Shown: positions 24,932 to 39,818, counted from the first letter of the stretch. The stretch: DNA of 64,000 bases from Mobula hypostoma (GCF_963921235.1 NC_086119.1:22072001-22136000), one strand, 5' to 3'. Notes: generated by a model from the sequence alone, not told the origin. Numbers and translations: made by a program.

Positions 24932-26099
24932 AACAAAACACACGCGCACATTTTGCTTGCAGTTACTCGTTTACTCGTTTCCCCTTGGGGAGGTGCTGTA
25001 TCGCCGATGGTTTTGTTATAATCTTGTTCATTTTTTTTATTTGTCGGAGGTTATGAGCTGCTTATGGAGTCAGCCGGTAGTGAGGAATACAATGGCAAAC
25101 TGATGAACTATGAAAATGTGGTGGAGAAAACCTGTATTACAAAATATATTGCACCAAAATGGAGCAGATCCCAGCGGACATTCACGGGTTTTGTGATCCT
25201 CAGTTGCCACATGGGCAAAGAAAAGAGCTGATTCAGTTAGAGGAATATCGATGAACTGACATTGCAAGAACAAAAGTTGCAAATATTTTTTTGTTTTCGG
25301 TTCAAAATTGAGAAGCAGTAACTTTATTGCCTGTGATTTCTGCTGGCGCTACAACTATGTAACTTGCAACATGAACATGACTGGGCTGTCCAAATCCAAA
25401 AAAAATTATTGTTGTAACTGCGGCTGTACATCAATCTGATATTACTAAATCTGGATTTAATGAAGCACTCACACCCCTCTCCTCAGCTCATTTACATTAA
25501 AAATTCCACCCACCTGCTAAAACTATTTATATTCAAACACCTGCTAAAGGTATTTAACTTCAAGGTGAATTTATCAACTCAATCAAGGTGCATGACCAAA
25601 GTAATATACAAAACATGCTGCAGATAAGAACAGTCTCAATCTCATAATCCTAGATATAAGTGTTTGAAAATATAGCTACATTTTAAATATGTACATGTAT
25701 AGGGAGGAGACTTACTACTTGCCACTCTCCTGTTTAATATTTCGGCTCCTTCACCATCATCCCTCCATACCACTGATACCACGGTGCCTGTGTATCTAAA
25801 TAGCAATTTTGTGGACATTGTACAACATGCAGAATTAGGCTTCTCACTCAATATTTCAATGTGTTGGCCTAGGATCATTGATGGTTGATACTGCGTTAAC
25901 GTGGAATGCTGCAATTCTGATTCAGCACACCCCCTGGACAAGCCAGGCACATAAGACCCGAGCTGGACAGCTCATACAACCTCCAGACAAACTAACAATG
26001 CTGGTTTTGGTGAATTCTGGATGGGGTGGGGGCTGTGTAAGGTAATGTAACGTGTGACAGATGACACACGTTGTTCATAATAGAAGCATCTACGGAATT

Positions 26100-28430
26100 C
26101 ACAAATGTCATTGCATTTTTGCGTTTAATTTAGGAGATGGTGTCTGATGTTGCTTTGACTTTGTTCGTAGTGGCACAGTGGGCTTTTGTTAAGCACATAA
26201 ACCTACTCTAGCATGTTGTATTCACAAAGTCCTACAACACTGTCTCCAGAGCCACCTCCAACGCCTCTCTCCTGGCCAGCTATAGACAGGCAATACTGCA
26301 GCTTGAGGCCTAGTCCTTGCTGCAACCGAGTCCATGTTGCGCCCCTGCCACCCGCCAATAAATCAGTGGAACGACCTCTGGCCACCCTGGTGTATGGTCC
26401 ACAATGGTAAGGACATGCGTGAAGCCATGGGAGGGTGGGGGAGCCGACCAACCAAATCCACATTGATGTGGTCAAACCATCACGCTAGGACCTCAAAAGG
26501 TGTCGATGGTGCCCGAACGTGATGGTTAATTTTCGCACGCTGACACACAACACAGGCTGCACTCCAGTCTCGCATAGCCTTCTTAAGGCTGTGCCATACA
26601 AACTTCAAAACAGCCGCTTTCTGTGAAGCCTTCTCGCCTGGATGAGAGAGGCTGTGAATGGACTTAAAAACAGTATGCCTCCAGTTTGCAGACACTATGG
26701 GGCAAGGATGACTGGCTGAGACACCTCACAGGAAAGAAACTGTTGTGTGCCTGACCTTGATGTCAGACAACCACAGGCCCATGACTGCTGTTCCGCAACC
26801 CTGGACCTCTGGGCCGACAGCCTGGAGGGGTGAAGCCCAAGAGTTATTCGACCTGCATACAATATCAAACATTTCTATGTTAGCAAACTCTGCCTTCGTG
26901 CTGACCAGCTTTGAGTCCAATCTACACACACGAGCATGGATCAGCGAACCAGTTGTGGAAACGTGGTGCTCGGCCCCATGCTTTGTGACTATAGTGGAAA
27001 ATGTGTGGTTGGTGAGGTTTGGGAATTCGCCCAGCAGGCGTGTGGAGTGCACATGTTTGACAGAGTCATCCTGGGAACTTACTGGGCATACAGCGTAAGG
27101 ACCCAAAGTCATTTGCGTCCACATGCTGACAGTTTAAGATTGACGGACAGTCCTTTGGCGCACAAGAAATCTATGCTGAGCAGAGGTCTAGTAACGTTAG
27201 CCAGGACAAAGTCTCACGTATAGAGTCATCCTCTGAAGCAGAGCGTCACACGTCGTGTCCCATAAGTGTCTTATAATCAATGGGTGATGTGGGCAGCACA
27301 CTCACTCGAGCGCCTGTGCCACGCAGTAAGCATTGCCCTGAAAGGCTGTCCGTAATGAACAGTAGACGACCCTGGCAGCCGGAACCCACGGTGTTCACAG
27401 ACCTCCGATGTCCTGATGTGCTGACGCTGTGGAGGCTACAGAGCCGCCAGCACTTCTCGGCGTCCGCGCTGAAGCATGCGCAGCAAAAATATAGAGCCAG
27501 TGTTGTCTGGTTCAGAGCAGTGGATGTGAGTCTGCTGGGGGCTCTGCTGACAGGGGAAAGAGGAGAAACAATGCACCTTTGCCTGGCTGAGTGTAGACTG
27601 TCGGCCATTTCATCAAGCTTCATATAGTCCTTCATGGCCGTATTAGCAAAGACTATGCAAACTTAATCAGGCATTTGTTGTATAAAGAGTTCTTTGAAAA
27701 CAAAACAAGGATGGAGATGGCTCCAGTGAGATGGCATGTTGTCCAGCAGTTCTGAAGGCCTGGAATCACCCAGGTCGGGCAAGGAGAGCAACTGTATGGC
27801 GCGCTCAGACTCAGACAGTCTGAAAGCCTGCAATAGGTGAGTTTTCAGAGTGACGTACTTATCACATGCAGGCAGGTCTTCTAGTACCTGTAGACTCACT
27901 ACCCTGGCTCAGTGGAATTACTTGTCAATGCTATGGCATAGTAAAATTTGGTATTCTCTGCAGTGATTCTCGCAGCACGAACTGGACTTCCGCCTGTATA
28001 AACCACACGGTAGCGTATTACTTCTGCCTGTATTAAACCACACAGGAACTCTGGCAGCTTCAAAGCGACTGCATTGGTTGACATGTTGTTGAGTAACTAC
28101 GAAATCATCTGAGAGTGTCACGGTCACCAATGTAGGATGATGTGAATAAAGCATGCACGAGTCATTTTACGTTCTTAAGAAAAGCCACAGACTTTTACTA
28201 CCATTACAAACAAACCAAAAGCAGTCACCTTATACTAACGTCATTGCGTCAGGCACCATCTCTTAAAGTGAACACAATTCACTGGCAGTCTTTGTGAATT
28301 ATGTAGAACAGTCTCTATGATGAACAATATGTCGACTGTCAGCAATTATATTACCCTGCAGTGTGGTGTGGAGTCAGTGCTGCCCTCCAGTGTTCATTTG
28401 GCAGAAAGACAAGCTGTATTGTGACCACCT
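26100..28430 (-). mobile_element. Degenerate Gypsy element (CsRn1-like) with 5' LTR and tRNA-Trp PBS
   Basis: gag NAVALKLPEF...TKFYY; protease-like LLFITDSLSG..TGARVSVLP; integrase HSLSHPG...CVVCQRAK; PBS TGGTGACCGTGAC at 28117-28129 next to the LTR end at 28131. Confidence 0.8.
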
Positions 28431-31400
28431 TCAGATTTCTGCAATATTCATGTACTCAGGGTCTTGGACTATATTTGTGTGACTGTATTGCGGCATGAGA
28501 AATTTGTTCACCCGACGTATGACATTCCATTTAAATGGTGGCTTGCAAACTACAAAGACCCAGATCTCCTGAGGCATGAATGTCAGGCCCAGTGAGGGGT
28601 TCAGGTGGTGGCTGTGGTTCCCAGGGATGTGACGTTCAGAGTCGTGAAGATGGAGCATCCCAGCAGCCAGGTGGAATGAAAAGTCTTGTTGCACGTACTG
28701 CAGTTGGTGGGCAACAGGGAGGATGGCGGCCTGTCTTGGCCAAGTCACAGACACTTCGGCTGAGTGCTGTATTACCTCATGGCGATCCAGAGCCAGCCCC
28801 AGCAGAGCAATGGTTTGATATCGGTCTCGAGTTCCCACTCAGATGCAGCGGGTGAGGATGTTTCTGCCTCTGCTCCCTTCCCAGCTGAGAAAGCATATCA
28901 AAGAATAGCTACCTCCCTATGCAGGATTAGCTGTCTCCCCCTGACACCCACTGTGCTGAGTATCTGAGCTTTTCCATCAATCGAGGAGGGGAGCAATGTC
29001 CAAATCAATCGAGGAGGGGAGCAACGTCCAAGACTGATCCTCCGGCCATCAAAGCTTTCTTTCAATGCACCTCAGTGCATTGCAAATCCTGGAAGGCAGA
29101 CATCTGAAAGCTTCTGCAGCGACAGCTGACAAAGGACCTAAAGATTTCTGACTCTTCATGCTGAATAGAGATGCCTTACCGTAAATAATTGCTTATTAAT
29201 GTATCACTATGCTAAATAATTTCAGTATTAAACAGGTGAAGTAAATTTCCCTTTTGGCAAAGGGAATGACAGATAGATGTTTTCTACTGTTGTTTCGTCA
29301 TTGTCATGTGTACTGAGGAACAATTAAAAAGCTGTTGTTTTGTTTGCTGTGCGTAAGTACATCAAGACAGCAAAATGCTGAGAAAGTACGGTGCACTGCA
29401 GGTCGGTAAATAAAGTGCAAGGGCCATAACGAAGTAGACTGGGAGATCAAAATTTCATCTATAGCACATGAGAGGTGTATTCAAGAGACTGATAACAGTG
29501 AATTAGAAATAATCCTTAGAGTCTAATAATATGTGCACTTAAGCTTTTATAAACATCTGCTGGATGGGATGATTGGGCTGGGTGGGGTCCTTAATTATGT
29601 TGGTTGCTTTCCTGAAGTGTTGGCAAATTTAGACAGAGACAGCGGAAGGGAGGCTGCTTTGTGTGAAGGCTGGACTGCATTCATAAATTTCTGCAGTGCC
29701 TTGGGGTTTGGTACAGAATAATTGCCATACCAAACCGTGATGCATCCATACAAGATGTTTTCTATGCTGCATCTGTGAAAATTGGTGAGAATCATTGGGG
29801 GTACACTGAATTTCCTCAGCCTTCAGAGAAAGTAGGGGTGTTAGTGTATTTGTCTGCAGCATTGATGTGGCTGGGCCGGCAGAAAGTATTAGTCGTCCTC
29901 ACACCTAGGAATTTGAAGCTCTCAGCTAGCTCCACCCTCTTTTCGAAATTATGAGTTGCTTGGATAGGGTGCAAAGTGCAAATCTTTTCCCTGTGGTGAA
30001 AAACATCTAAAAGCAACGGGCTGATGTTTTAAGAGTTGGAGGGAATCTGAGGAAAATGGTTTTCACCTGGAGAGTGGTTACAGTCCGTAACTTGTTACCT
30101 GAGTCGGTGGTGAGGATAAGTACTGTCATGTTTATGCGGTACCTGGAGGAGCTCATCAATGGCTAAATCAGAGAAAGTTACAGACCAAATATTGGTAAAT
30201 GAGATTAGTGTTGTTAGCTACTTAATGGTTCACATGGACACAAAGTGTCTGTTTCTGTGCTGTTTGACTCTGAGGTATGGGAAGCAATTTCCATTTAGGA
30301 CACCTGATCATCCTCTCCTGAGTTTGAATTTGAAAGTGGCCCTGTTCCATAAAGCAGCCAATGCAAAACAAAACCAGAGAATACTGAAAATGTATTGTGT
30401 GCTCTTCTGGTTTCCTGCTCTATAGGAAGGCTGTGCAGGTTTTTGAGAGTACAGAAGAGATGCACCAGGACGCTGCCTGGATTGAACAGTATTAAATATA
30501 AGGAGAGGTGGGATACACTTGAACTGTCAGACACTGAGGGAAGACCTGTTTCAGGTTTACGAAATTAGATAAGGCATAATTAGGGTTTACCAAGGATAGA
30601 AATGTAAAAACTAGAGGTCTTCCCACAGCTGTGTGTCAGTCCTAAACTAATTCAAAAGTATTGGTCTCTTTCCCCATTCCTTTGTCAATCACTTCCCTTT
30701 TTCACCCTCTCCCCGCAGCCCTGTGCCAGACAATGAACCAGTTCCAATGCCCCATGCTCTCCTTGCAGTGGGATGAGCCTGGGGACTGACACAGCTCTGG
30801 AGAAAGAGTGGGAGATGGGATGCAATTTGGGGACCGACACAGGGCTGCAGGGAAGGTGCAGGTATTGAGTCATTTTGGGATGCTGGAGGGGCGAGAGTGG
30901 GATACTGGGAGTAGTTAGATGGATTTGGAAATTAGAGTCTGACACTGGGACTGAGACAGTGTTGCGTTGACAGAGCTATCTCACCTACATTGAAACATAC
31001 AGAGAAATGTGTTATTTGTGTAAACATCCAACACCCTCGTAAGACCCTTGATTCTCAGGTTTTGTGTGTCTACCACAATGGCAGATTTCGTAATTGCCAA
31101 TCTTTTCCTCTTTATAAAATCTCTTACAATCTGTTTTCATGTTTTTTTTAATGGTCCCCACTCTTACTCCATCTTGTTTTTCTTTCATTTTTGCTCAGTT
31201 CCAAAATGCTCCATGTCATCAGTACTTCTGCTCTTACTCACCTATCAAGCCATTTCATTGGATTTGCCACTATTTTTAATTTTTATTGTTATTCATAGGG
31301 GAGCCAATTTTCCATTAAGGGTTTGTGCTTAAAGGAATAGATATTTTATATTTATTCATTATTTCTTTAAATGCTAACTCTTGCCCACACTCTGACATAC

Positions 31401-33230
31401 CATTCAATGAATACTCCCAGACAGCCACAGCGAACTCTCTTCACAGCTTGCACTGGGTTTAAAATCTTGGTTTCACATAGGATAACATCAGTTTCAAATT
31501 CAATGTTAAATTACGGTCACTCTTCCCCAACGATCCCTTGACAACGTGATTATTGATAACCCTTTTTTCCATTGCACAAACAAAATAGAGTTTTCCTTGG
31601 TTGATAGCTTAACATATTAAACATGAATAGCATCTCATATACATTCCACAAATTTATCTTCCGCCTTTTACAGAATGTGGATCTAATCTAATCTAACTGT
31701 AAACTAAATTCCTCCGTGATCATTGCGAGAGAGCTGCTGCACCCACCTCTAATTTCCTGCTATATACCTCACCACTAATTTTTTGGTCAATAAATAGTCC
31801 TGCCCTCTACTTTCCATCCTTTGTTATTTCTCAAGTTTGACATCATGTTCTGTCAAGCCAGGATGATTTATTACAGCACAAGAGATCTTGCAGATGCTGG
31901 AAATCTTGAGCAACATGCACAAAACTTTGGAGAAGCTCAGCAGCTCGGACAGCATCTATGCAGAAGAAAGAACATTTAATATTTTGGGCGAGGCCTTTCA
32001 TCAGGACAAGAAAGGAAGGGGACAAGCCAGAATAAGAAGGCTGGGGAGGGTGAGGAGTACATGCTGGCAGGTGATAGGTGAGACCAAGTGAGGGTCGAGG
32101 TGGATGGGGTAGGGATGGGTTGATGTAAGAAGCTGGGAGTTAATAGCTGGCAGAGATAAAGGGCTGAAGAAGGAACCTAATAGCAATCAGAATCAGGTTT
32201 ATTATCACTGATATATGCCATAAATTTTGTTCTGTGGCAACAGTACAGTTCAATACATAAAAATGACCATAAATTACGATTAAAAATATTAAAAGAATGA
32301 ATGAATAAATAATTGAATTGATGGATGTTGTGGGTGCAGGTGATGTGACAGTAGACCAAGGAATAAAGGGAAGGAGGAAGGGAACCAGAGGGAAGTATTG
32401 GGCACTTCAGGAGGGAAGGGAGGAGAAGTGAGTCAGCCACACCCTCTCAACTGCACTGATCACCACTGCTCTGAACTCTCTTTTTATTAGCACCACACCA
32501 CACTACATTTATTTTTTGCCTGACCTATCTAAATGTTGAATATTTAGCTTAGCTTTGGGCACAGTATAGCCAGATATTCTTAGTGGCGATAAGGTCACAC
32601 CCATTTAATTCTGTTCTGTGCTATTAAATCTTTTATGTTGTTGCACAAACTATGAGCTATTGATCGCAGTCTGTACTTTAACCCCCTTTGCTGCTTGACT
32701 TTGATTTAGCCGTCGATTTCTTTCACCTACACTCACTTTCCTGTTTTGTTTCTCTTCTTCCTGAATTTCCTTTGAAGTTCCCATTATGCAGGGCAAGTCG
32801 GTTTGAGCCCTCCCTGTTAACACTTAACAAACATCCTGCAAGGGTGATGTCGTCAGTGCCGCTGAGGAGCAACAGGCCCGATTTTGCAACAGGTCTCACT
32901 TGACCCTGAAATGGTCCCGACGCCTCAGGAATGTACAGCCCTTCCTCCTGCAACATCTCTGCAGCCACACATTTGCGTTCTCTATTCTACTGCAGATAAA
33001 AACGGCTTCTTCCCGCACCCAACTATTTCATCCCTCAATAATCCAACTCTCATTTGCAAATCAGTACTATGTAAATTACATTGCTGTTATAAATACAAAT
33101 TTAATACAGGCCATCTTCAAATAACAAAAGGTTTTCTTTTACCGATGGCCTTAGGTTGATTTTGTCCATAAATCTGTAAATAAACAGAAGTAACTTCATA
33201 TATTAACCATATCTGCACGGTATTGTAATG

Positions 33231-33964
33231 CAGCGGTTCCCAACCACCAGGCCGCAAAGCGTGTGCTACTGGGCCGCGAGGAAACAATATGAATCAGCTG
33301 TACCTTTCCTCATTCCCTGTCACGCACGGTTGAACTTGAACATAGGGTTGCCAACTGTCCCGTATTTGCTGGGACATCCCATATATTGGGCTAAATTGGT
33401 TTGTCCTATATGAGACTGCCCTTGTCCCGTATTCCCCCCCCCCCCAAGGTAGGGCGTTCCTATGAAACCTTTCGTGCCAAAATGGTGTAAAGCGAAGAAG
33501 CAATTACCTTTAATTTATATGGGAAAAACTTTTGAGCTTTCTCAGACCCAAAATATAACCTACCAAATCATATCAAATAACACATAAAACCTAAAATAAC
33601 ACTAACATATATAGTAAAAGCAGGAATGATATGATAAATACACAGCCTATATAAAGTAGAAATAATGTATGTACAGTATAGTCTGGAAGATTAAACCAAA
33701 ACCGATTTGTGGAAAAGAATCGGCATATATGCGCATGCGCACACAGGTGCCCGCGCAAGGCTTCATGGTCATGGTAGTCTTTTATGGGTAAACACAAGTG
33801 TCCCGTATTTGACTGCTACTTTTGTCCCTTATTTGGGAGTGAGAAAGTTGGCAACCCTAACTGTAAAAGATATGTTGAGGTGAGTTTAACCCTACCTAAC
33901 TGGTCCGCAAGAATATTGTCAATATTAAACCGGTCCGCGTTGCAAAAAAGGTTGGGGACCCCCG
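33231..33964. mobile_element. Non-autonomous hAT element with an internal second hAT-type TIR pair
   Basis: TIRs CAGCGGTTCCCAACC / GGTTGGGGACCCCCG; 8-bp TSD ttgtaatg; internal TAGGGTTGCCAAC...GTTGGCAACCCTA at 33343-33859. Confidence 0.85.
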
Positions 33965-35124
33965 TTGTAATGAATGGCATCATAACTATATTCGAATTAT
34001 GAGGAAGAGTAAATACTAGAGGATGTAACCTAGGGATGGCCTGCATTACTTTTCCTTATTTCTGTCTGGATGGCAACTTAGCCATAATTTTTGCAAGTTC
34101 ATTCATCAGTTCATCTAGTGCTTTATCTCTTCCTCAGCTGTTCTATGTCATCAGTCTCCTCGTTCCAACAATCAACATAATGGAAATTTTCCTCCCTTTC
34201 CTCTTGTAACCAACTTCTCAATTGGAAATGTTTTCTTCCATTTAAACAAATAAAAAATTATGAATATCATTAATGTATCATTTTCTCGGCATATGTTAGA
34301 TATTTTGAATACAATATCAATTTACTGTATATTTGATATTTTATGACAGATTATATGACATAGCTAAACTTTCAAAGTGGTTATTTGGCATCTTCCCCCT
34401 TCCTTCTCAGTCCTGAAGAAGGGTTTTGGCCCAAAGCGTTGACTATCTATTCATTTCCATAGATGCTGCCTGACCTGCTGGGTTCCTCCAGCATTTTGTG
34501 TGTCTGCTTTGGATTTCCAGCATCTGCAGACTTCCTCATGTTTTTAAAGTGATAAAGTACCGAATAGTGACTTCTGCAAATCAAAATGGGATGTGGGTTT
34601 ATTTTGGCACGGAGTAGGCTGTCCAGAGGATTTTCCTTTTGACTATTTCAGTTCACGGTAAACATTTGTAGATCACAGTGTGAATACAATTATTGAGAGA
34701 CACAGGCAGAACGGAAGAAATACTGACTCGAAGGAGGACCTCAGCAATTTAATGAAAAGCCCAGCAGAGTTTGCTTGTAGACTGATCAATGACCAGTGGA
34801 ATTAAACATGCATAAAATGGTGCTGTATATTAAAATCAAAGTAGGTGTCATATGTTTCCCATGTAGAACTTGCCAAAGGAAATGCTGAAAGATGTCTATA
34901 GTAGATCATGATGCCAAGATCAAAGAAGTGACTTGGATGGTAGGTTATACTTCAACATCAGCTTAGTTCAGATTGTCAAAGATTATTTTCAAGCTGAGAC
35001 AGGACGGTGTGCAGCTGCTGTAATTTGGAGCAAAAAAACAAATTACTGGAGGAACTCAGGAGTTCGAGCGCCATCTGTGGAGACTCAAAGGAGCAAATGG
35101 CCTAATTCTGCTCCTATGTTCAAA

Positions 35125-36115
35125 GTTCAAAGTAAATTTATTATCAAAATACATGTGTCCTCATATAGAGCCCTGATAGGCACTTACTTGCAGGCATATG
35201 CAATAAATCCAATAAACATTATAATCGAATCAAAGACTGCACCAGCAGGGCAGGCAACCAGTGTGAAAATATTAACAAACTGTGCAAATACAAAAAAAAA
35301 GGAAATAATAATAATAAATAAGTAAATAAGCAATAAATATCAAGAACATGAGATGAAGAGTTCTTGAAGATGAGTCCATAGGTTGTGGGAGCAATTCAGT
35401 GATGGGGCGAGTAAGGTTGAGTGAAGTTATTCCCTCTGGTTCAAGAGCCTGATTGTTGAGGGTTTATAACAGTTCCTGAACCTGGTAGTGAATCCTAAGG
35501 CTCCTGTACCTTCTTCCTGATGGCAGCAATGAGAAAAGTAGATAACCTGGGTGGCGGGAATCCCTGATGTTAGATGCTGCTTTCCTGTAACAGTGCTCTG
35601 TGTAGAGGTGCTCAATGATGGGGAGGGCTTTACCCACAATGGACTGGGCTGTATCCATTACTTTTTGTAGGATTTTCCGTTCAGGGGCATTGGTGTTTCC
35701 ATACCAGGCTGTAATGCAGTCAGTCAACATACACTCCACCACCCATCTATAGAAGTTTGTCAAAGTTTTATATGTCATGTTTAATCTTCACAAACTTCTA
35801 AGTAGACATGCAACCATGCTTCCTTCATAATTGCACTTACCTGGCAGGTCCAGGACAGATCCTCTGAAATGTTAACACTGAGGAATTTAAATTTGCTGAC
35901 CCTCTCAACCTTTGATTCCCTCTTGAAGACTGGCTCATGGACCCCCGGTTTCCTTCTCCTGAAGTCAATAGTCAACTCCTTGGTCTTGCTAATGTTGTGG
36001 AGGTTGGTATCGTGGCACCACAGAACCAGGATTTCAATCTCCCTCCTGTATGCTGATTCGTCATCACCTTTGATTTGGCTTTCTACGGTAGTGTTATCAG
36101 CAAACTTGAACATGC
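35125..36115 (-). mobile_element. Rex1/Babar-type LINE 3' part
   Basis: FKFADNTTV..., ISKTKELTIDFRR, FKFLSVNISEDLSW, CITAWYGN, FSLLPSGRRYRSL. Confidence 0.8.
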
Positions 36116-36899
36116 TTTGGAGCTGTGCTCAGTCTTTTGAACTTATGTACTAAGTGATAGAATCTGTGATGAGGTGATTCGAACATTGGAAGAATAAAAT
36201 GGGATTAGTATTGATGGGTGATTGATGGCATCAACTCAGTGGATTAAAGGGCCAGATTCCATGCTGAATGGTTCTATTATGAGTGGATTTAATGCAAATT
36301 ATCATTATCTGCAGAAGTGCAATTTACAATTTATGTCAAAGTTGACACATTCCTGAGAATCTGAACAAAAATAAAATAAACACATTGTTGCCTTAGACAA
36401 TAATTTGAAGGTTTAAAGGAAACAATACAAAGGATACAAAGAAATTTGTAGTTAGCTAAATGGGACACATCATTTGCCAGATAAACCCCAACGTATTGCT
36501 TATGACTCTGATCATCCTAAAAACGTGGACAACATACCAAAGTCTCTGAGTATCACTTCCGATGGTTAAACTTCATTTGTGTCAAAAGATAACACATCTA
36601 CTCTGTGGCACTAAAGTGTATTTTCCCAATAACGTTTTCCCTACAAAAAAAAATAGCTGGTTAAAATGTTCCGTCCTATTTTTGCAAAACAGCATTTTTT
36701 TTTAAAGTGTTTAACTTTTCTCTGATAAGGAATCATTGGCCCCAGAAGCGTGGTTAACTGCTGATTTTGGTGATCTGAAGCGATGATGAAATATTCTGTG
36801 CAATTTCTAAATGTTCTGATGCATGGGCTCAACCCAAACCAGATGTTATCCGACCCACTGAGTTCATCCAGCAGATTGCTGCTCCAGATTCCAGCATTT

Positions 36900-37220
36900 T
36901 CCATTGAGAATGGGGGAGATTCAAACAAGAGGACGAGTTGAGAATTAAAGGGCAACAGTTTAGGGGCAACATGAGGGGGAACTTCTTTACTCAGAGAGTG
37001 GTAGCAGTGTGGAACGAGCTTCCAGCAGAAGTGGTTGAGGCAGGATCGATGTTGTCGTTTAAAGTTAAATTGGATAGATATATGGACAGGAAAGAAATGG
37101 AGGGTTATGGGCTAAGTGCAGGTCGGTGGGACTAGGTGAGAGTAAGAGTTCGGCACGGACTAGAAGGGCTGAGATGGCCTGTTTCCATGCTGTAATTGTT
37201 ATATGGTTATATGTTATATG
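36900..37220 (+). mobile_element. CR1 3' end
   Basis: RGNFFTQRVVAVWNELP...FKVKLDRYM followed by a tail. Confidence 0.8.
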
Positions 37221-37659
37221 ATTATTTGCCGTATCCTGTGATTCCATTCCCATGAACTGTCTGTAATCTGGACATAGAGTCATAGAACACTACAATACAA
37301 GAACAGGCCCTTTGTCCTATCTTGTCTAGTCCTTGCTGAGCTGGTCTTCTGCCCAGTTCCACCTACCTAAAAGGACCATGCCCCTCTCACCCAAACTCCT
37401 CTTAAATGTTGCAATTGAACCTGCATCTACCACTTTCACCTGCAACTTGTTCTACACATGCACCGCCCTCCAAGTGAAGAAGTTCTCCTCCAGGTTCCCC
37501 TTATATATTTCACCTTTCGCTCCAAACCTATGACCTCTTGTTCTAGTCTACCCAACCTGTCAGGGAAAGGCCTGCAGTTTGGAAGTAGGAAATGCAGCCT
37601 TGAACCAAGCTCTCAGGCAGAAGAAGATGCCTGCAGTCCTGCAGCATCCAGACAACAGA

Positions 37660-38030
37660 CCTGACAGAGGTATATAAGATGATGAGAGGCATTGATCGTG
37701 TGGATAGTCAGAGGCTTTTTCCCAGGGCTGAAATGGCTAGCACGAGAGGGCACAGTTTTAAGGTGCTTGGAAGTAGGTACGGAGGAGATGTCAGGGGTAA
37801 GTTTTTTATGCAGCGAGTGGTGAGTGTGTGGAATGGGCTGCCAGCAACGGTGGTGGAGACGGATATGAAAGGGTCTTTTAAGAGACTCCCCGATAGGTAC
37901 ATGGAGCTTTGAAAAATAGAGGGTTATGGGTAACCCTAGGTAGTTTCTAAGCTAAGTACATTTTCAGCACAGCTTTGTGGGCCGAAGTGCCTGTATTGTG
38001 CTGTAGGTTTTCTATGTTTCTATGTTTCTA
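37660..38030 (+). mobile_element. CR1 3' end with (TTCTATGT)n tail
   Basis: MMRGIDRVDSQRLFP...RVVSVWNGLP. Confidence 0.8.
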
Positions 38031-39818
38031 ATCCTTGTTCATACATAACTTGGTTCGTATGTATAGACTGTCCATAATTTGGGTGTTCATAATCTGGGAA
38101 GGACCTGTACTGATAAATAAAAAAATAGCAGACAAATTCACTTTTAATTTCTTGTGGCTTCTTCGATTTTAATTGTATAACAAATATATCTGAGTAGTAA
38201 ATATCATAATTTATTTCAGAGTTTTTTGTATTTTTAGTAAATTAACTAAAAGACTCCCGTGTCTGTAATTTGATCTCAAGTGGGTGAAATTATGGCCAAA
38301 TTAAGCTGAATGGCAGCTGGCAGTTCTGTAGGAGTGGTTCAGCTCATGCTCGTGACAAGTATGCAGCTGTGATGTGCTGGAGGCAGCTAATCTCCTGCTG
38401 TATTGTGTAAACCCAGTGACAGAACCCTGCCAGGACAGGGAGTGTGGTCAGGTAAGTTCCACATCTGCTTCCCACCTTTAATCCAGAGGCTGCTGAATAA
38501 AAAAAAATGGCAAATATGCAGAAAAAAAGTTTTAATTATTTTACTTACTTCTGTTTTAATGTTTTTAATTATTTTTGGTATTTTAAGTTAACATTTTCAA
38601 TTAAATGCAAACTTTTTTGATCATGACTATTTTAAACTTATTTGTACAGTTTGCAAAATAACTCTGCTGGAGGAATTCAGTGGGTTGAGGAGCATCTGTG
38701 GGAGGAAAGGAATTGTTGACGTTTTGGTTTGAAACCCTGCATCAGGACTATCCGGCAGATGGTGTGTTGCTGCAGCTTCGTCATCTGCCGTCTCATGAGT
38801 CTTCATTTTACTACTTTACTGTGAAGTCTCCCCATGATGTGCTGCTTTTGGAGAACCCCCCCCCCCCACATGTACTGCTCAACCTGCTGAGCTCCTCCAG
38901 CGGGCTGTTGCTTCAAATCCCCGCGTCTGCAGTCTCCATTGTGCTCTCACAGGCTGGGAGGGCATTTGGGGGGACTAGACCTCAGCTCCATTTGAGGCCA
39001 AGTTACCCCTCAGAACCTACTTCATCTCAATGGATGCCTCTTGGTCACAGGGGGTTAGATCATTTGACCCTTTGTATTTAGAGAAATGAAGTGTGGTTGG
39101 AGTGCTGAGTCAGTGTGGTGGGGTTAGTTCAGCAGATATCCTAATAGTTCAAGTGTCTAGTAGTCATGAGGTCACTTTTAAATGCTGGAATTTTTTTTTT
39201 GCATTTCCAGTGAAACTTAATTACCCTTTTTCTTTTGTAGAATCATCAACTTTCTCTCGAGATTGCCTGAAGCATTTCAGAGGCAAAACCAGCTTTCATA
39301 TAGGTGAGTTGCTAGGTGAAACAGTCAGCCAATCCGTGAGGCTATGCATCATCATCTCATGATCTCTAGATGACACTCGCAGAAGATTTCTGCTGTCTGA
39401 ACAGAAATAAACCTCCAAACTGGCCAGGCCACTTAGACTCATTCACTACGTGGAATTGAAAGAGCGCTCAAGCAGTCATGTACGATGGAGCACATCTCAT
39501 TCTGTCAACACTGAGTGCCGACTGTATTTATAGTTAAACTGTATTAAAATAAAGATGGAAGTGCTGCCTGTTTTGATATTTCGCATGAAAAACATGATGT
39601 CTCTCATGTATTTTAAAAACGTAAATTGTTTGCAGATCATCAGTGTGTTGGAAGACTAAGATGTTGTTATGCTGGGACCACAGTGGTTAATATGCTTTCC
39701 ATCTCTCAGTGAATTGACTTTCTTGTAGTTCATTTCCCAGAAGTCACATCTATGATGAACCTCAACCACCAAGCAGTTTTGAAACTTTAAGAACAAATAA
39801 GTGCTCATCTTTCTGACT

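Noticed and set aside
28976-29031. 28-bp direct repeat as a CRISPR-like array
   Set aside because: Only two adjacent units, no spacers, eukaryotic context; a simple tandem duplication.
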